A DNA stretch of 63,875 bases, counting the filler, from Octopus bimaculoides (taxonomy: Eukaryota): assembly GCF_001194135.2 (NCBI RefSeq). It is 6 parts of 6 records of this genome, joined end to end, with 100 filler letters (N's around TTAATTAATTAA, not from the genome) between each part and the next. Parts side by side here need not be neighbours in the genome. Positions count along the whole stretch, not along the records: positions 1 to 16,903 come from NC_068985.1; positions 17,004 to 31,749 come from NC_068991.1; 4 more parts are not named here. The stretch is one strand, 5' to 3'. Shown piece by piece: positions 12,896-26,574 of the stretch (within the stretch, counting starts at the first letter, position 1; each line of letters begins with the position of its first letter). The translations under genes and the position numbers were made by a program. The notes under the pieces were generated by a model, which was given only the letters and a program-made list of their open reading frames with translations, searched no databases and was not told where the DNA came from.

Positions 12896-15800
12896 CTGCA
12901 ATTTTTTCTCGGCCTGATGAGTCTTGTTCTCAAGCACACTTTGTCATGTGGGAAGGAGTGTACCATTTTCACTACAACAGGTCAAAAGGCTTAATATGAT
13001 TATTGACACAGTGCCAGACAAAATTCTTTGTACAATTCAGCTACATCTCTTTACAACCTAAGTACAAATTGCAAGTGAAACTGGATTTACTTGTGATCTT
13101 TTAGCAACAATAAAATAAGCATATTAGTTATGGTTGTGTGGTTGATCAGCTCACTTTGCAACCATGTTGTTCTGAGTTTGATCCCATTGTACAGTCTCTT
13201 AGACAAAGAAGAGCATCAAACTGCAAAACCATGCCAAAAAATATAGGGTACAAGTGAGATTTGGTCCATAACTCTTCTAGAAAGAAAGAATCATATTTTA
13301 ACATGTATAAGAGACCCCCTAATTTTTGAGGCTTAAAATCTAGGAAAAAGGTTTTGTAAGGGATTATAATACTATACATGTATAAGAAACTCCCATATTT
13401 TTTAACCTAATTTTTGACAAAAAAAAGGGGTTCATTATACGCGTTAAAATACAATAAGTCATATCTGTAATGACCCACCTTACACATTCCAGCATAGGAA
13501 AGTGATGAATAATGATGATGGTTATTCTTTTGAATTGCTTCCTTATTGTATGATCATTAATTTTTTTGTTTTGTTTTATATTTTAGTCTATGAATTTACT
13601 GACTGATATTAAGTTTTACAAAAGTTTATTTCTAAATACTAAAAAGATAAGCCAGATATTGCTGACAACAAGCAGTACTTATTTAACAGTTAAACAGTCC
13701 TGCTGTGTGGTCAAGGGAACGAAAAAAGAATCCATCAAACAAACAATGTGATTCTTATTCTCTCAATGCAACCATTGTAGAATTCTGAATGCTTCCATAT
13801 TCTGTGCATTCACATAGAAAATTGGACCTTTTGATTGACAGCACATTGTATACATTCACAGCAAGAAGTGGGGCTTTAATTGACAACATATTCTATATGT
13901 CCATATATTGAGTTATGGTTTGATTGACAGTGTTTTAAATGTGTTGTGTAAAGGAAAAAAATATCACTACAATCACCACTGCCACCCACACAAGTTCAAA
14001 ATGTTATTCTATTTATTTCTCATCGACTTCTGACTTTCCTCAGTTTCAAAGGTGTAAAAATTATATCCTCTTCATAAACAGAAGATAGCTACTCTCTGAA
14101 AACTTCCAACTGCTTTTGCATTTAGTCAGAATCTTACTCTTACCCATTTTGAATTATTTTGGTGTTATTTTGTGTGTACAAATACTCAATTTTTGATAGG
14201 GAGTCATTTTTTCCAAAGAGTAAAATCTAAAATTCCCATCTCTTCATTTATTCGTTGATAATTCACAAAAATATTTCCTCTGAGCTAATATATTCTCCTG
14301 TATCAATTTTTGTGATACTTTGAATTTTAGAATAATAACTTGTATGTTCACTTTTATTACATTGCAGCAGTTTTGAATATGCTAATTGTTGTTGTATATT
14401 GTCATAGGAGAACAACTTTTCTTTTCAATTCATTAGTTTAAGCAGACTTTGGAACATCCTGTTTTGATATCATTGTTTCTTCTCAGCCAAAGCTACCCCG
14501 GCTAATGAATTTAACTAGAGTTTGTGCCTGTTGTTTATAATCTTCAACAAACAAATTATTTACTGATGCTTGTTGATATCTGTCACTAAAAACAAATTGC
14601 TAAGTGCATGGTGAACAGTGAAAACCCAATCGATGGCATATATAGTCATTCTTAATATATTCTTGTGAATAAGCTAATTGCTGTTGTATTACATTATTGG
14701 AGAGCAAACTCTTTGTGATGAATGTGTGTTCATAACACTTGATTTAGTGTTATAAGGGGATTTTGGGATACCTGGTATTTTGACATCTCTGTATTTACTC
14801 AGCCATTATTGGTTGGCAGGTAACAGCACTTGTTAGCAAATAATTTGTCTGCTGAAGTTGTTTGTGAGAGCCACAAACTCTTGTTAGATTCAATAGTCTG
14901 GAGTAGCTTTGTCTAAGAAGACACAATAATGTCGAAATATATGTATCTTTTATATCATTCATAATTCTTATATATCTCTATACATTTTTATCTATATATT
15001 TTGTGTTAAATATAGAAGTTGGAGGTCTAAGAAGACCTGGCATGAAGTAGAGAAAACTAATCCAAGGATTTCGAGCCTCAAAGAGGAAACGACTAAGGAC
15101 TGAGGACAAGACTGGTGATTTATTGTGCTTGAGAAGGCCTATTCATCTCAGCAAAATATGAGATCCAAAGAGCATACAGTTAATATTAAAGCCACCGCAC
15201 TCACTCACTCATTCTGTCCCTGTTAAGCTTTCCTCACAACTCTTTTTCCTAACATTTTTATCATCACTCTTTTAACAATGGCATTTATTCTGCTGTTGGA
15301 ATTGTATGAGAGCAGAACTGCATTTATTTCATCTCCTCTTCTGTCCTACCAGTTAACACTCTTCATGGAAACACACATATATATATGTGTGTGTGTCTCT
15401 GTAGATGTTTTTATAAATTTCATTTTTTTTTTAACATTATGTCATGATAAATAAATTTGAATACTGAAACATCACTATTCTAATTCTCTTTTTCTGAATA
15501 TTCATCTTCATATGAAAGAAGCTCAACATCAGTCACACTGTTAAATATGCTACGAGCCACTCAACATTCACCAAATTTTTTAAATATCTGATATTAACAA
15601 AATATGGCGCCTGATCGACTATATTTTCCAAATCTTTAGTTTAAAATTTGAAAATTTCTTCTCCTTTATTTTGGATGTACATCTGTTTTCCATGCTGGTA
15701 TCTTTCAATTGTTTTGATTTTAAAGTATCAGTGGTGCCTACTTGACATTATAGTGTCTTGGTTGGCTCACTCCAAATCACAAAATGATATTTGTAAGTCT

Positions 15801-16545
15801 TTTTGGAGGCTGGGCAAAATGCTTAGCAGCATTTCATCTGCTGTTATGTTCTGATTTCAAATTCTGCTGAGGTTGCCTTTCATTCCTTTCATTCCATTCA
15901 ATTGAATGATAAAATAAGTAACAGTTGAGCATTGGGGTCAATGTAATTGACTTATCCCCATCCCTGAAATTGCTGGCCTTGTGCTAAAATTTTAAATCAA
16001 TATTCGTTGGTTTTTATTGATAAGTTTAAGGTTTAATATTTAAATCTATTATATCTAGTAATGTTAGGTTCTTATTTATAAACCAGCTTTATTATGGATC
16101 TGTAAGACCTGCATTTTGCGATACTTTTGTACACTGAATTTGTCACTGATAAATTTGCTAACCTTTCAGGCTTCTACTTTAAAAGAGTTTACTGTTATGC
16201 TTTTCTTTTTATAATTTATCCTCCTCTTCGGTGTCTTTGAGTTATCAGAAAGCCTGATAAATATGTATATTCTGTACTGATTATAGAGATCTAATTTCTA
16301 GATATTTTCACTGACCAAAATTTATAGTTAATCAAACATAATAACTGTGGATTTGAGTGAAACAAACTGTTACCTACCACCTGGGAGAGTTTCTGATTGC
16401 ATAGTGTGAAGTCTGTTGCAATTTAAAAGTTAAAACACAGTATAAAAAATTTGTATATATATGTGTGTATGTATGCATGCATGTGTGAGTGTTGAGTGTG
16501 CAGATATTTAAAAATATTTTTGTTGCACACTTTATATATATATAT

Positions 16546-16903
16546 AGAGGTCTGGAGATGCCACTACGATAGATTGCTTAATAAAGAGAATGAATAGGAG
16601 GAAGAGAGCCTGCCGTATGTCGACCCAATAGAGGGACCAGCTATCCGAGTTGATAGTACCAGGGTAGATAAAGCAATTAAGAGAATGAAGACAGGGAAAG
16701 CCCCCGGCCCATCAGGAATCACTGCAGAGATGCTCAAAATATCTGGCAGTGTTGGTTACAGCCTAGTCACCCGTATTACGAACCAGGTGTTACACGAAGG
16801 AGTCATACCCGATGACTGGTGTAGCAGCACCATAGTCAACTGCTACAAAGGTAAAGGTGATGCTTTAGATACAAATAATTACAGAGGCATCAAGCTGTTA
16901 GAT
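16546..16903 (+). mobile_element. RTE-clade LINE ORF2 fragment (start of RT domain), cut by gap
   Basis: EVWRCHYDRLLNKENE*...KAIKRMKTGKAPGPSGITAEMLK...DDWCSSTIVNCYKGKGDALDTNNYRGIKLLD; one in-frame stop. Confidence 0.92.
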
Positions 16904-16947
16904 NNNNNNNNNNNNNNNNNNNNNNNNNNNNNNNNNNNNNNNNNNNN

Positions 16948-16959
16948 TTAATTAATTAA
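16948..16959. other. Artificial scaffold spacer TTAATTAATTAA (also at 31794, 34105, 46860, 60662)
   Basis: Each copy is flanked by exactly 44 N per side (100 bp total) and has stop codons in all six frames. Confidence 0.95.
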
Positions 16960-17582
16960 NNNNNNNNNNNNNNNNNNNNNNNNNNNNNNNNNNNNNNNNN
17001 NNNATATATATATATATAAAGATAAAGCAACTTATGAAGGAATGAAAACTTCCGTTAAAACGAATAGAAGAGGGTTCAATTATTCAACAGATACATTAAT
17101 AGATGAAACTGGTTGCCATAACTCTACGAGTTGCAAGAACCGTGAGCATAGTTTATTTCACTACAAGAAACGAAATTTCATCCCAAATCTATCAGTACCT
17201 TTGCCGGGCTATTGAAAGAAACTTTTCTGTTTCCTTGCCGATATTTTATCTGTCGACCTCGAAAGGATGACAAATAAATTGATCTAGATAGGATTTCAAA
17301 TGAATTCAAGACACGAAAAGCGCAAACTAATGTCACAAGACTGTCTTTCCGATTCATTATCGACAGTCAAAAATGGACGCCGAAAAAGTTCGTTTTCTGT
17401 TTTCGTTTTTATGTTTTCGTTTCTCATTGTGTTTTACTTTTTTTGATGTCTTGTACCCATATATGTATGTATCTATACATATAGACGTTGGTATGTACAT
17501 ATATGTATGGATATATGCATATATTTATATATTATTTATATTATTATATGATCGAACGCCACGCATCCTTTTCCAAGCAAGT

Positions 17583-17614
<32 letters not shown>

Positions 17615-17752
17615 TATATNNNNNNNNNNNNNNNNNNNNNNNNNNNNNNNNNNNNNNNNNNNNNNNNNNNNNNNNNNNNNNNNNNNNNNNNNNNNNNNNN
17701 NNNNNNNNNNNNNNNNNNNNNNNNNNNNNNNNNNNNNNNNNNNNNNNNNNNC

Positions 17753-17923
17753 ACTAGGAAATTTCTCATAAGCAAGCACCTAGACCAATACCCCGTAGAC
17801 ATAAACCCGAAATACCAAATCCTCACTCTCTATCAATGGACTGGAAACACTTCAACCCAATTCCGTATAAATAAGGAAAACATACTGATTAAAAAATATA
17901 GACCACAGCTGAATATCCTTTAG
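17753..17923 (+). mobile_element. Penelope-like element, C-terminal end of GIY-YIG endonuclease
   Basis: TRKFLISKHLDQYP...YQILTLYQ...RINKENILIKKYRPQLN* fits the S.H...R..KE..I.K..P.LN end of PLE ORFs. Confidence 0.6.
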
Positions 17924-19554
17924 AAAGAAGAAAAAGCAGTAAAAAGGGAAAAAAGACTCAATTACTCCGCAAAAAATAACCAGGAACAACAAACAACTTT
18001 AAAAAAAAAACTTTACTAACAATCTTCACCCGGGTTTCGAAACAGCAACTCCAAATCACCATACAAGCACCAGTTGCCGACGTCACCTACCTCTAGTCCA
18101 GTTACATTTTACAAACACCAGTTGCTGATGTCACCTAACTCCAAACCAATCAAAACCGAACATCAGCAAATACAACGAAATGACTCTATGAAAACCAACC
18201 AACCGGAACGACTGATGACCGTCTCCACAGTGAAACCAACCAAGCAGAACGACAAGCTTGACCACCAAAAAAAAAAACGTCACCAGTATTGTAACGAATC
18301 AAAAATCAGATCCGCTCGCGGAAAAAATTATGAATAAATCTGATCCCAAAACATACCACTACAAGCGAAAGTATCTACGGAAAGAGAAACTGTAAACCAA
18401 ATTCTCTTTTTTTTACTATTTTCATTTCTCCTTTGTTTTTTTCCCCTCTTAACTCAGTATGACTTATCGATCACCGCTAACATTAATGAACTTTGTACAT
18501 TCAAACAAATTGATATGCAGTTTTAATATTAGTGACTGCTATGAACATTCAAACTTGCACCTGTCCTCCTAATTCATAATGCTAAATTTATCTGTTTTGA
18601 ACATATTAATTTGTCAACATTGAAACTTTTAAAGATGTTTTTCTAATTCATAATTTTAAACTTTTACCATTGATAAACAAAAAATATTGTTGAAACTAGT
18701 TTGGTATATATGTAAATAAATGTATTTTAAACATTTACGAGTTTTTGAAATTTAGGTGCACTTTCATATTTTTATTTACATTTTATTTGCACTTTTAGCG
18801 CTTTCTTCCGTTATTGGATTTATGAAAAAGTGGATCAAAGTTAGATTTCTTGGCGTATTTATATATGAAAAAAAATTGTGCGGTTTGCCAAGCAAGGGAG
18901 AAGAAAGAAGAAAAATGTTTGAGAAGGAGGGGTATGTAAACAGGCGTGGCTTTTGTATAGGTATGATCAGACTTGTTTGATTAGTACTTAGTGACCTTTT
19001 ATGGTAAGGAAGGAAAAAGAAATTTTGTATTTGAATTGGCCAAGGTTTTAAATTGAAAAACTAGATGTTGTTTTTGACTTTCTTCAGTAAAAATTATAAT
19101 TGTATTTCCATGTCTTGCTTCTTTACTCTCATGTATTCATTAATGTGGGGAGGTTTTTGTATTAGTGTGACCAAATATTTGTAGTTGTCAAGGATTTTAA
19201 TCGATAAACCAGATGTTGTTTTTGACTTTCTAAAGTAAAAATTGTAATTGCATTTCCAGGTCTTGTTTTCTTTTATTCTTTTGTATTCAGTAAAGAATGG
19301 TTATGGATGTGGTCAACTTTTATTTGGTTGAAATTCTAAATTTAGTTGGTTTTGAAAGAGTGATTTTTTAGTTCATTATACACTCACAGAACCCTCGACG
19401 TCGTAAGCGACGGAGTGCCAACAACATATGCATGTAGATATAAGTTTATCACGTTCGGTACTTCTATACATTTTAAATTACATCAGTATTAAGAAATAGC
19501 TCCAGGTAGTATACAGTAAAAACATACATCATTTTTATAGAATAGCGATGTGAC

Positions 19555-19860
19555 TATTTTATTGGACATGCCAATCCATATGGAGGTTAATCTATATTGA
19601 GGTTAATCCATGCAATTCCGTACAGAGGCTGGAGGTTAAGATAAATCGTCCAGATATTATTGTTAAGGTACGGCAAGTAAAGAAACGTCATCCAATCGAT
19701 ACAATCAATTCAAACAGCATGCAATATATTCCAGAAAGGAATGGAGAAAATATAACGAAATGTATAGATCTGAAAATAGAGATAACCACATTGTAACTAA
19801 TGAAATCCGAAACACATTCCGTAACGTTAGATATCTTGGGAATGATTGAAAATATTATGT
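19555..19860 (+). mobile_element. Restriction-like endonuclease (RLE) domain relic of an R4/Dong-type LINE
   Basis: ILLDMPIH...NRPDIIVK...ID...KCIDLKIEI..L*.MK......LDILGMI resembles ILWD.PI..D..I..NRPDI...ID...KY.DL.IE. Confidence 0.7.
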
Positions 19861-20404
19861 ATATAAATATAAATATATAATATAAACATAAAAAGGGACG
19901 TATACTCATATGAATAACACTACTAATCTCTTTATAAATATTGCGGAGAATACATTGAATACGATAGAAAACATGAAAAAGAAAAGAAAATACTGAAACT
20001 CCCTCAGGCACATACAGCTGTGTCCGTTAATGCAGCGATTTCACGTAATGAATATAGGACTGTTGAAGTAATAACTATACTCGTGTTATACTTTTCCATA
20101 ATGTTTTTATTCTCCATGCAAAAAGAAACGCGATATTAAATTATTCTTTCATTTATCTGGTATATGTCAATATATCCTAAGGCTTCTCACTGCTGTCAAT
20201 GTATCAATTCCACGTAATTATATATTTCTAAGCTTACTTTAAAATTTTCTTGGTACACTATAATATCTATATTAACATCTTTTAAAGTCTGTCCTGAAGT
20301 TTGTAAATATCAAAGTGTAATTCTAGATTCATTTCTGTTTTATATTCTTTTGTGTCTCTCCTTGTCTCTCACTGTCTCTGCTTCTGTCTCTCTGCCTTTA
20401 TCTA

Positions 20405-20535
<131 letters not shown>

Positions 20536-21186
20536 GTCTGTCTGTCAGTCTATCTATCTATCAACCTATCTATATATCTTTCTCCCTCTTCCTGAAACAC
20601 TGGTAAATTATATATCTACTGATAGACTGGCAGATCAGATCATCTTTTGTTTGAACAGATCACTAAACTATTTACCAAGAGCGATCATATCCTCACCTTC
20701 TCTATTCCCCTCAACAATTTTAACCCAGTATGAGATATTTCCTATCTCTACAATCTTTGTCATTTATATCGCCATTACTTTCAGTACCATATAACATATA
20801 ATTCATTATTACCATACAACAATACAAGTATTAATACTTATATTTAATACATTCGGGACAGCAACTCATTAATTTTCCATGATCATTATAGCACAGTAGT
20901 TTGTTTAAAATCCACTCTACGTTATAAGTCCCCCATGCGAATCATTTTAACCAACGTAAAGGAAATAACTCAACCCCAACAATAGTTATTATTCTTTATC
21001 GAGATGTACTCTTCACCATATTTTTAAAGCCATTATGCAATGCCGGGAACACTTCATAGAAAAATTGCCGTTCATACATGTCACTGCTATTCGTTTCAAG
21101 GGAGGTTTCTTGTCTAATAATTATCTAGCAAATTTAAATATGAAACTTTGTTACGATGTATTGTTGTTAACGGACTATATCATTAA

Positions 21187-21234
<48 letters not shown>

Positions 21235-23015
21235 CAGTGTGCATATGTATGTGTGTGTGTGTATATATATATATANNNNNNNNNNNNNNNNNNNNNNNNN
21301 NNNNNNNNNNNNNNNNNNNNNNNNNNNNNNNNNNNNNNNNNNNNNNNNNNNNNNNNNNNNNNNNNNNNNNNNNNNNNNNNNNNNNNNNNNNNNNNNNNNN
21401 NNNNNNNNNNNNNNNNNNNNNNNNNNNNNNNNNNNNNNNNNNNNNNNNNNNNNNNNNNNNNNNNNNNNNNNNNNNNNNNNNNNNNNNNNNNNNNNNNNNN
21501 NNNNNNNNNNNNNNNNNNNNNNNNNNNNNNNNNNNNNNNNNNNNNNNNNNNNNNNNNNNNNNNNNNNNNNNNNNNNNNNNNNNNNNNNNNNNNNNNNNNN
21601 NNNNNNNNNNNNNNNNNNNNNNNNNNNNNNNNNNNNNNNNNNNNNNNNNNNNNNNNNNNNNNNNNNNNNNNNNNNNNNNNNNNNNNNNNNNNNNNNNNNN
21701 NNNNNNNNNNNNNNNNNNNNNNNNNNNNNNNNNNNNNNNNNNNNNNNNNNNNNNNNNNNNNNNNNNNNNNNNNNNNNNNNNNNNNNNNNNNNNNNNNNNN
21801 NNNNNNNNNNNNNNNNNNNNNNNNNNNNNNNNNNNNNNNNNNNNNNNNNNNNNNNNNNNNNNNNNNNNNNNNNNNNNNNNNNNNNNNNNNNNNNNNNNNN
21901 NNNNNNNNNNNNNNNNNNNNNNNNNNNNNNNNNNNNNTATATATATATATATATAAAGCCTAATTTCTCAAGACTGGTAGCAGCGTGTTACATATCCCAG
22001 GGCCCCAATGTATGTATGTATGTATGTATGTATGTATGTATGCATTTTGTTATTATTTGTATATGTATGTATCTTTGTTATTTGTATTTATTTTTTGTAT
22101 TTTGGTTATTTTTATGATACCTCGGTCCATGGAAAAAACTGTCTTGCTTGAAACCAGTGCTTGGTGCAAAAACGGTTTGGGAACCATTGATGAAGATCAT
22201 CACCACTAACACGCATACCTACCTGAAGTCTGCTACCCCCATTACTAACACCACTACAAGTACCACCGCATGACCTACCATCACCAGCAAATCGGTGCCA
22301 CTGTTAGCCGACACCACCACTAATACTAACACCAGCACCACTAACAATGCGACCAAGGCCAGCACCGTCACTACCAACAACTGAAACAATACTAGTACCA
22401 TCACCAATAAATACTACCACGTCTATTTCCATGACCGACACCAACACCGCCTACACCATACCTAACAATATCTCTAACACTACCACCGAGACTAACACTA
22501 GCTCTGGTACCAATACCACCAATAGCTCGAGCAAGGGCAACATTATCACCAAGACAATCTCCAGCCATACCACTCACAGCTCCAACACCAACACCAACAT
22601 TGATACAGACATTATCAGCAAGCAATACCACAAATGCCAGCTAAAGACATCATCACCACCACCACCACCACCACCACCACCACCATCACCCCATCATCAT
22701 CATCACCATCACNNNNNNNNNNNNNNNNNNNNNNNNNNNNNNNNNNNNNNNNNNNNNNNNNNNNNNNNNNNNNNNNNNNNNNNNNNNNNNNNNNNNNNNN
22801 NNNNNNNNNNNNNNNNNNNNNNNNNNNNNNNNNNNNNNNNNNNNNNNNNNNNNNNNNNNNNNNNNNNNNNNNNNNNNNNNNNNNNNNNNNNNNNNNNNNN
22901 NNNNNNNNNNNNNNNNNNNNNNNNNNNNNNNNNNNNNNNNNNNNNNNNNNNNNNNNNNNNNNNNNNNNNNNNNNNNNNNNNNNNNNNNNNNNNNNNNNNN
23001 NNNNNNNNNNNNNNN

Positions 23016-23100
23016 CAAACCCTCTCCACACCACCACCAAACCCTCTCCACACCACCACCAAACCCTCTCCACACTACCGCCAAACCCTCTCCACACCAC
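23016..23100 (+). repeat. 22-bp minisatellite (caaaccctctccacaccaccac) x about 4, next to a gap, inside an ACC/ACT-rich tract (22200-23530)
   Basis: Units start at 23016, 23038, 23060 and 23082. Confidence 0.85.
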
Positions 23101-23289
23101 CTCCAATACCACCGTCACCACCAACACCGACCTGAACATCGCCAGCAACACCAACACAACGTCACTACGCCGCCTTTCTTAACTACACTACTAATACCAC
23201 TACCATAACAACACCCTCCTCAACACCACCACCGGCGCAAACTACCACAGCATAATCCTCAACACCAACATCATCACAGCCTCAATACT

Positions 23290-23321
<32 letters not shown>

Positions 23322-23740
23322 CAACAACAACACTTAGATCAACACCAATATTAACACCAACCCACACACGACAACCTTCGTGCACAGACGTGACTGAAAG
23401 CTGTCGCTCCTTAAATGAAAGACTCATGAATTATGTAGACATATTTGAGGATCGCAACAAGAACAATAATAACAACAACAGCAGCAATAATAATAATAAT
23501 AATAAAAACAACAACAACAACAACACGAAGCAATACGTTTTAATGATTGATTTCGTCATAACATTTATGATGATAATTACTACTTTATAGAATGGACAGC
23601 TGTGCACCAGTGTTCTGGTAAGTCAACAATAAGCATGGCCAAATGATTCAGAAGGTCTCTTTGCAATCATACTCACAGGTTTGGGGCTCGATCTGACAGC
23701 ACAGTACCTTAGGACAGTTACCTTTCATCTACTACAGCTG

Positions 23741-24125
23741 CGGAGGCGCAATGGCCTAGTGGTTAGGGCAGCGGACTCGCGGTCATAGGGTCGCGGTTTC
23801 GATTCCCAGACCGGGCGTTGTGAGTGTTTATTGAGCGAAAACACCTTAAAGCTCCACGAGGCTCCGGCAGAGGATGGTGGTGAACCCTGCTGTACTCTTT
23901 CGCCACAACTTTCTCTCACTCTTACTTCCTGTTTCTGTTGTGCCTGTAATTCAAAGGGTCAGCCTTGTCACACTGTTTCACGCTGAATATCCCTGAGAAA
24001 TACGTTAAGGGTACACGTGTATGTGGAGTGCTCAGCCACTTGCACGTTAATTTCACGAGCAGGCTGTTCATTTGATCAGATCAACTGGAACCCTCGACGT
24101 CGTGAGCGACGGAGTGCCAACAACA
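23741..24125 (+). mobile_element. tRNA-derived SINE family A, full length, 10-bp TSD ACTACAGCTG
   Basis: TSD at 23731-23740 and 24126-24135. Confidence 0.9.
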
Positions 24126-25763
24126 ACTACAGCTGTGGATCTACAAAAATCGCTTGTGAATAAAATGTCGGGAAACGGTAATTGTGTAGATGTATGTTCA
24201 AGGTAGCGATTTTTGATTTTCAGTGATATACTTAATCCGTCGTCGAGTTTAAACCCTGTCCGGCACTCTGAGACCTTTTCTACTTTTTTGTATCACTTTT
24301 CTTCTGTTGATGTTTCCTAAAACTGCTTAAATCTCCAATGTACAAATGTTCCAGCTCAGTCAAGCTCGTAAAATGTGTGTTTTATATTTTATCTTTAACT
24401 TCTTTAATTCATTGGAGTTGACGGGTTTCGGTACAATGAATCAACCACAATACTTATACACACACACACAATTTAGAGAGCTGTTTACAATGTTTCACTA
24501 TATGTGATTAGGTTGTTAGAAACCGGACGATTACAGTTCCTGTCAGTATATATTTATACAATTATGTGCTTTGACTACAACATTAGAACATTTTAGCTCT
24601 TATTTGTAGCAATGCAAGTGTTTCTAACACCCTAATCACATTTAGTGATGATTATAGTATATACTAGCAATGCACCCCGGCGTTGCCCGAGTGTTATGAT
24701 CTATAGCCACATTGTATTATTTGTTCCTTTCTAAGGGGTAGAATCGGCACACGGGGAGTATGAAGCAAACAACTCCTTTTGTAAACATGTTTTTCGGTCA
24801 TTTTCTGATGAACAACGCTGCAGTTTCCGTCTATCAAATTCAGTCACAAGTCTGTGGTTGGTCTAAGGCTATAGTAGAAAACACTTGCCCAAGGTACCAT
24901 GCAGAGGGACTGAACGTGGAACCATGTGGTCGGGAAGCAAACTTCTCAACCACACAGTGTGTGTGTGTGTGTGTGTGTGTGTGTTTACATTTGTTGTTAA
25001 ATCGAGTATTGTGTCCCACTATGTCTCAAAGTAAGCAGTTCATCAAGCAGAGATCTATAAAATAAATACCAGATTGAAATACGTACTGGGGTCAGAATGA
25101 TCAATTAAATTTTTGAAAGTGATACTTCTTCATGACGACAGTCGAAAGACTAAACCCAGTAAAATAATGTTTAAAGACTTAATGGCTTCAAATTTAAGGT
25201 AATGGATTATTAATAAGATAATGAGTTGAAAACTTCGTACTGAATTACCACGCTATACGTCTACTTGACTTCCAACAATTAATTGCAATTTGAAGTTGAA
25301 TGGTTAGCAATAAGAAAGATATCCAGATTTCTTAAAAACTTATTGTGCAAAATATCCTGGGAAAAAGTACTTTTTTTTTTACCACAATAAAACACGCGCG
25401 CGCGCGCACACACACTCAGGTGTCTCTGTGGTAATTTGAGCTACTGCAAACAGCAATCAAATCTTTCTTAAAGCACACCATTCCATCAAAAGAAGGACAT
25501 AGATTTACAGTATTTCAGGGAGAGAAAAAAAAAACTATGCGATCAGAGACAACTCTGGGCTAAACAAATCACAGACAAACATATTTCACCTTTACGTTAT
25601 AAGATTATCTACTAAATAATATTACTCCATGTATTTTAAGATTGTTCAGGCAGAGTTGCCTCCCTTAGCCAAAGACATCAAAATTGTGCGACCTTGCCTT
25701 GTTTCCGAATCTATAAGGAACATACGCACACACGCACACACCCACACACACACACACACACTC

Positions 25764-25816
<53 letters not shown>

Positions 25817-26037
25817 GTTGTTGTTGTTTTTTTTCTTTCTTCCAATTTTCTTCCATTTCTCGCCGAGTGTTTTCCGTACACCAAGGGCAGAGAAGCTCAT
25901 TGTATTCATTCCCAGTTTACACACGCAAATTCACAGGTAAAATATGTATTTAAAAAAAAATTAATAAATAAATAAATTCATGAATGGATGTTGTTTTCAC
26001 AGCGATAATGCTCTTCTCAGTACATGAGTCGTTCCAG

Positions 26038-26090
<53 letters not shown>

Positions 26091-26574
26091 GATTTATTAT
26101 TAGTATTATTATTATTATATACATACATATACACACACATACACGCACACACATCGCATGGCTTAGTGATTAGGGTGTTGCATTCACGATCGCTAGATCG
26201 TGATTTCAATTCTTAGTCTGATTGGCGCGTTGTGTTCTTGAGCATAACACTTCATCTCACATTGCCCTGCAATCACTTCGACACCTGACATGTGGTACAC
26301 TGTGCACCTGTTCAGACAACGTGAATTTCATGGAGGGAGTGAGCTAATGTACTGCACGAACATTTGATCACTATAAACAAATCGTTTGTGCAGGTCATTC
26401 GGCATATACAATGGACTCTTCGAGAGGAGAGTCCATTGTATATATATATNNNNNNNNNNNNNNNNNNNNNNNNNNNNNNNNNNNNNNNNNNNNNNNNNNN
26501 NNNNNNNNNNNNNNNNNNNNNNNNNNNNNNNNNNNNNNNNNNNNNNNNNNNNNNNNNNNNNNNNNNNNNNNNNN

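Noticed and set aside
13586-13605. Possible terminal exon (ttttag|TC TAT GAA TTT ACT GAC TGA) and other plus-strand exon candidates at 10317-10495 and 11016
   Set aside because: No recognisable protein and no consistent phase chain.
22347-23135. Thr/Asn/Pro-rich mucin-like ORF
   Set aside because: Low-complexity ACC/AAC tract spanning a gap; no splice signals or domain.
24300-24380. LRR-like peptide FTSLTELEHLYIG on the minus strand
   Set aside because: Lacks the conserved Asn and splice context; single short match.
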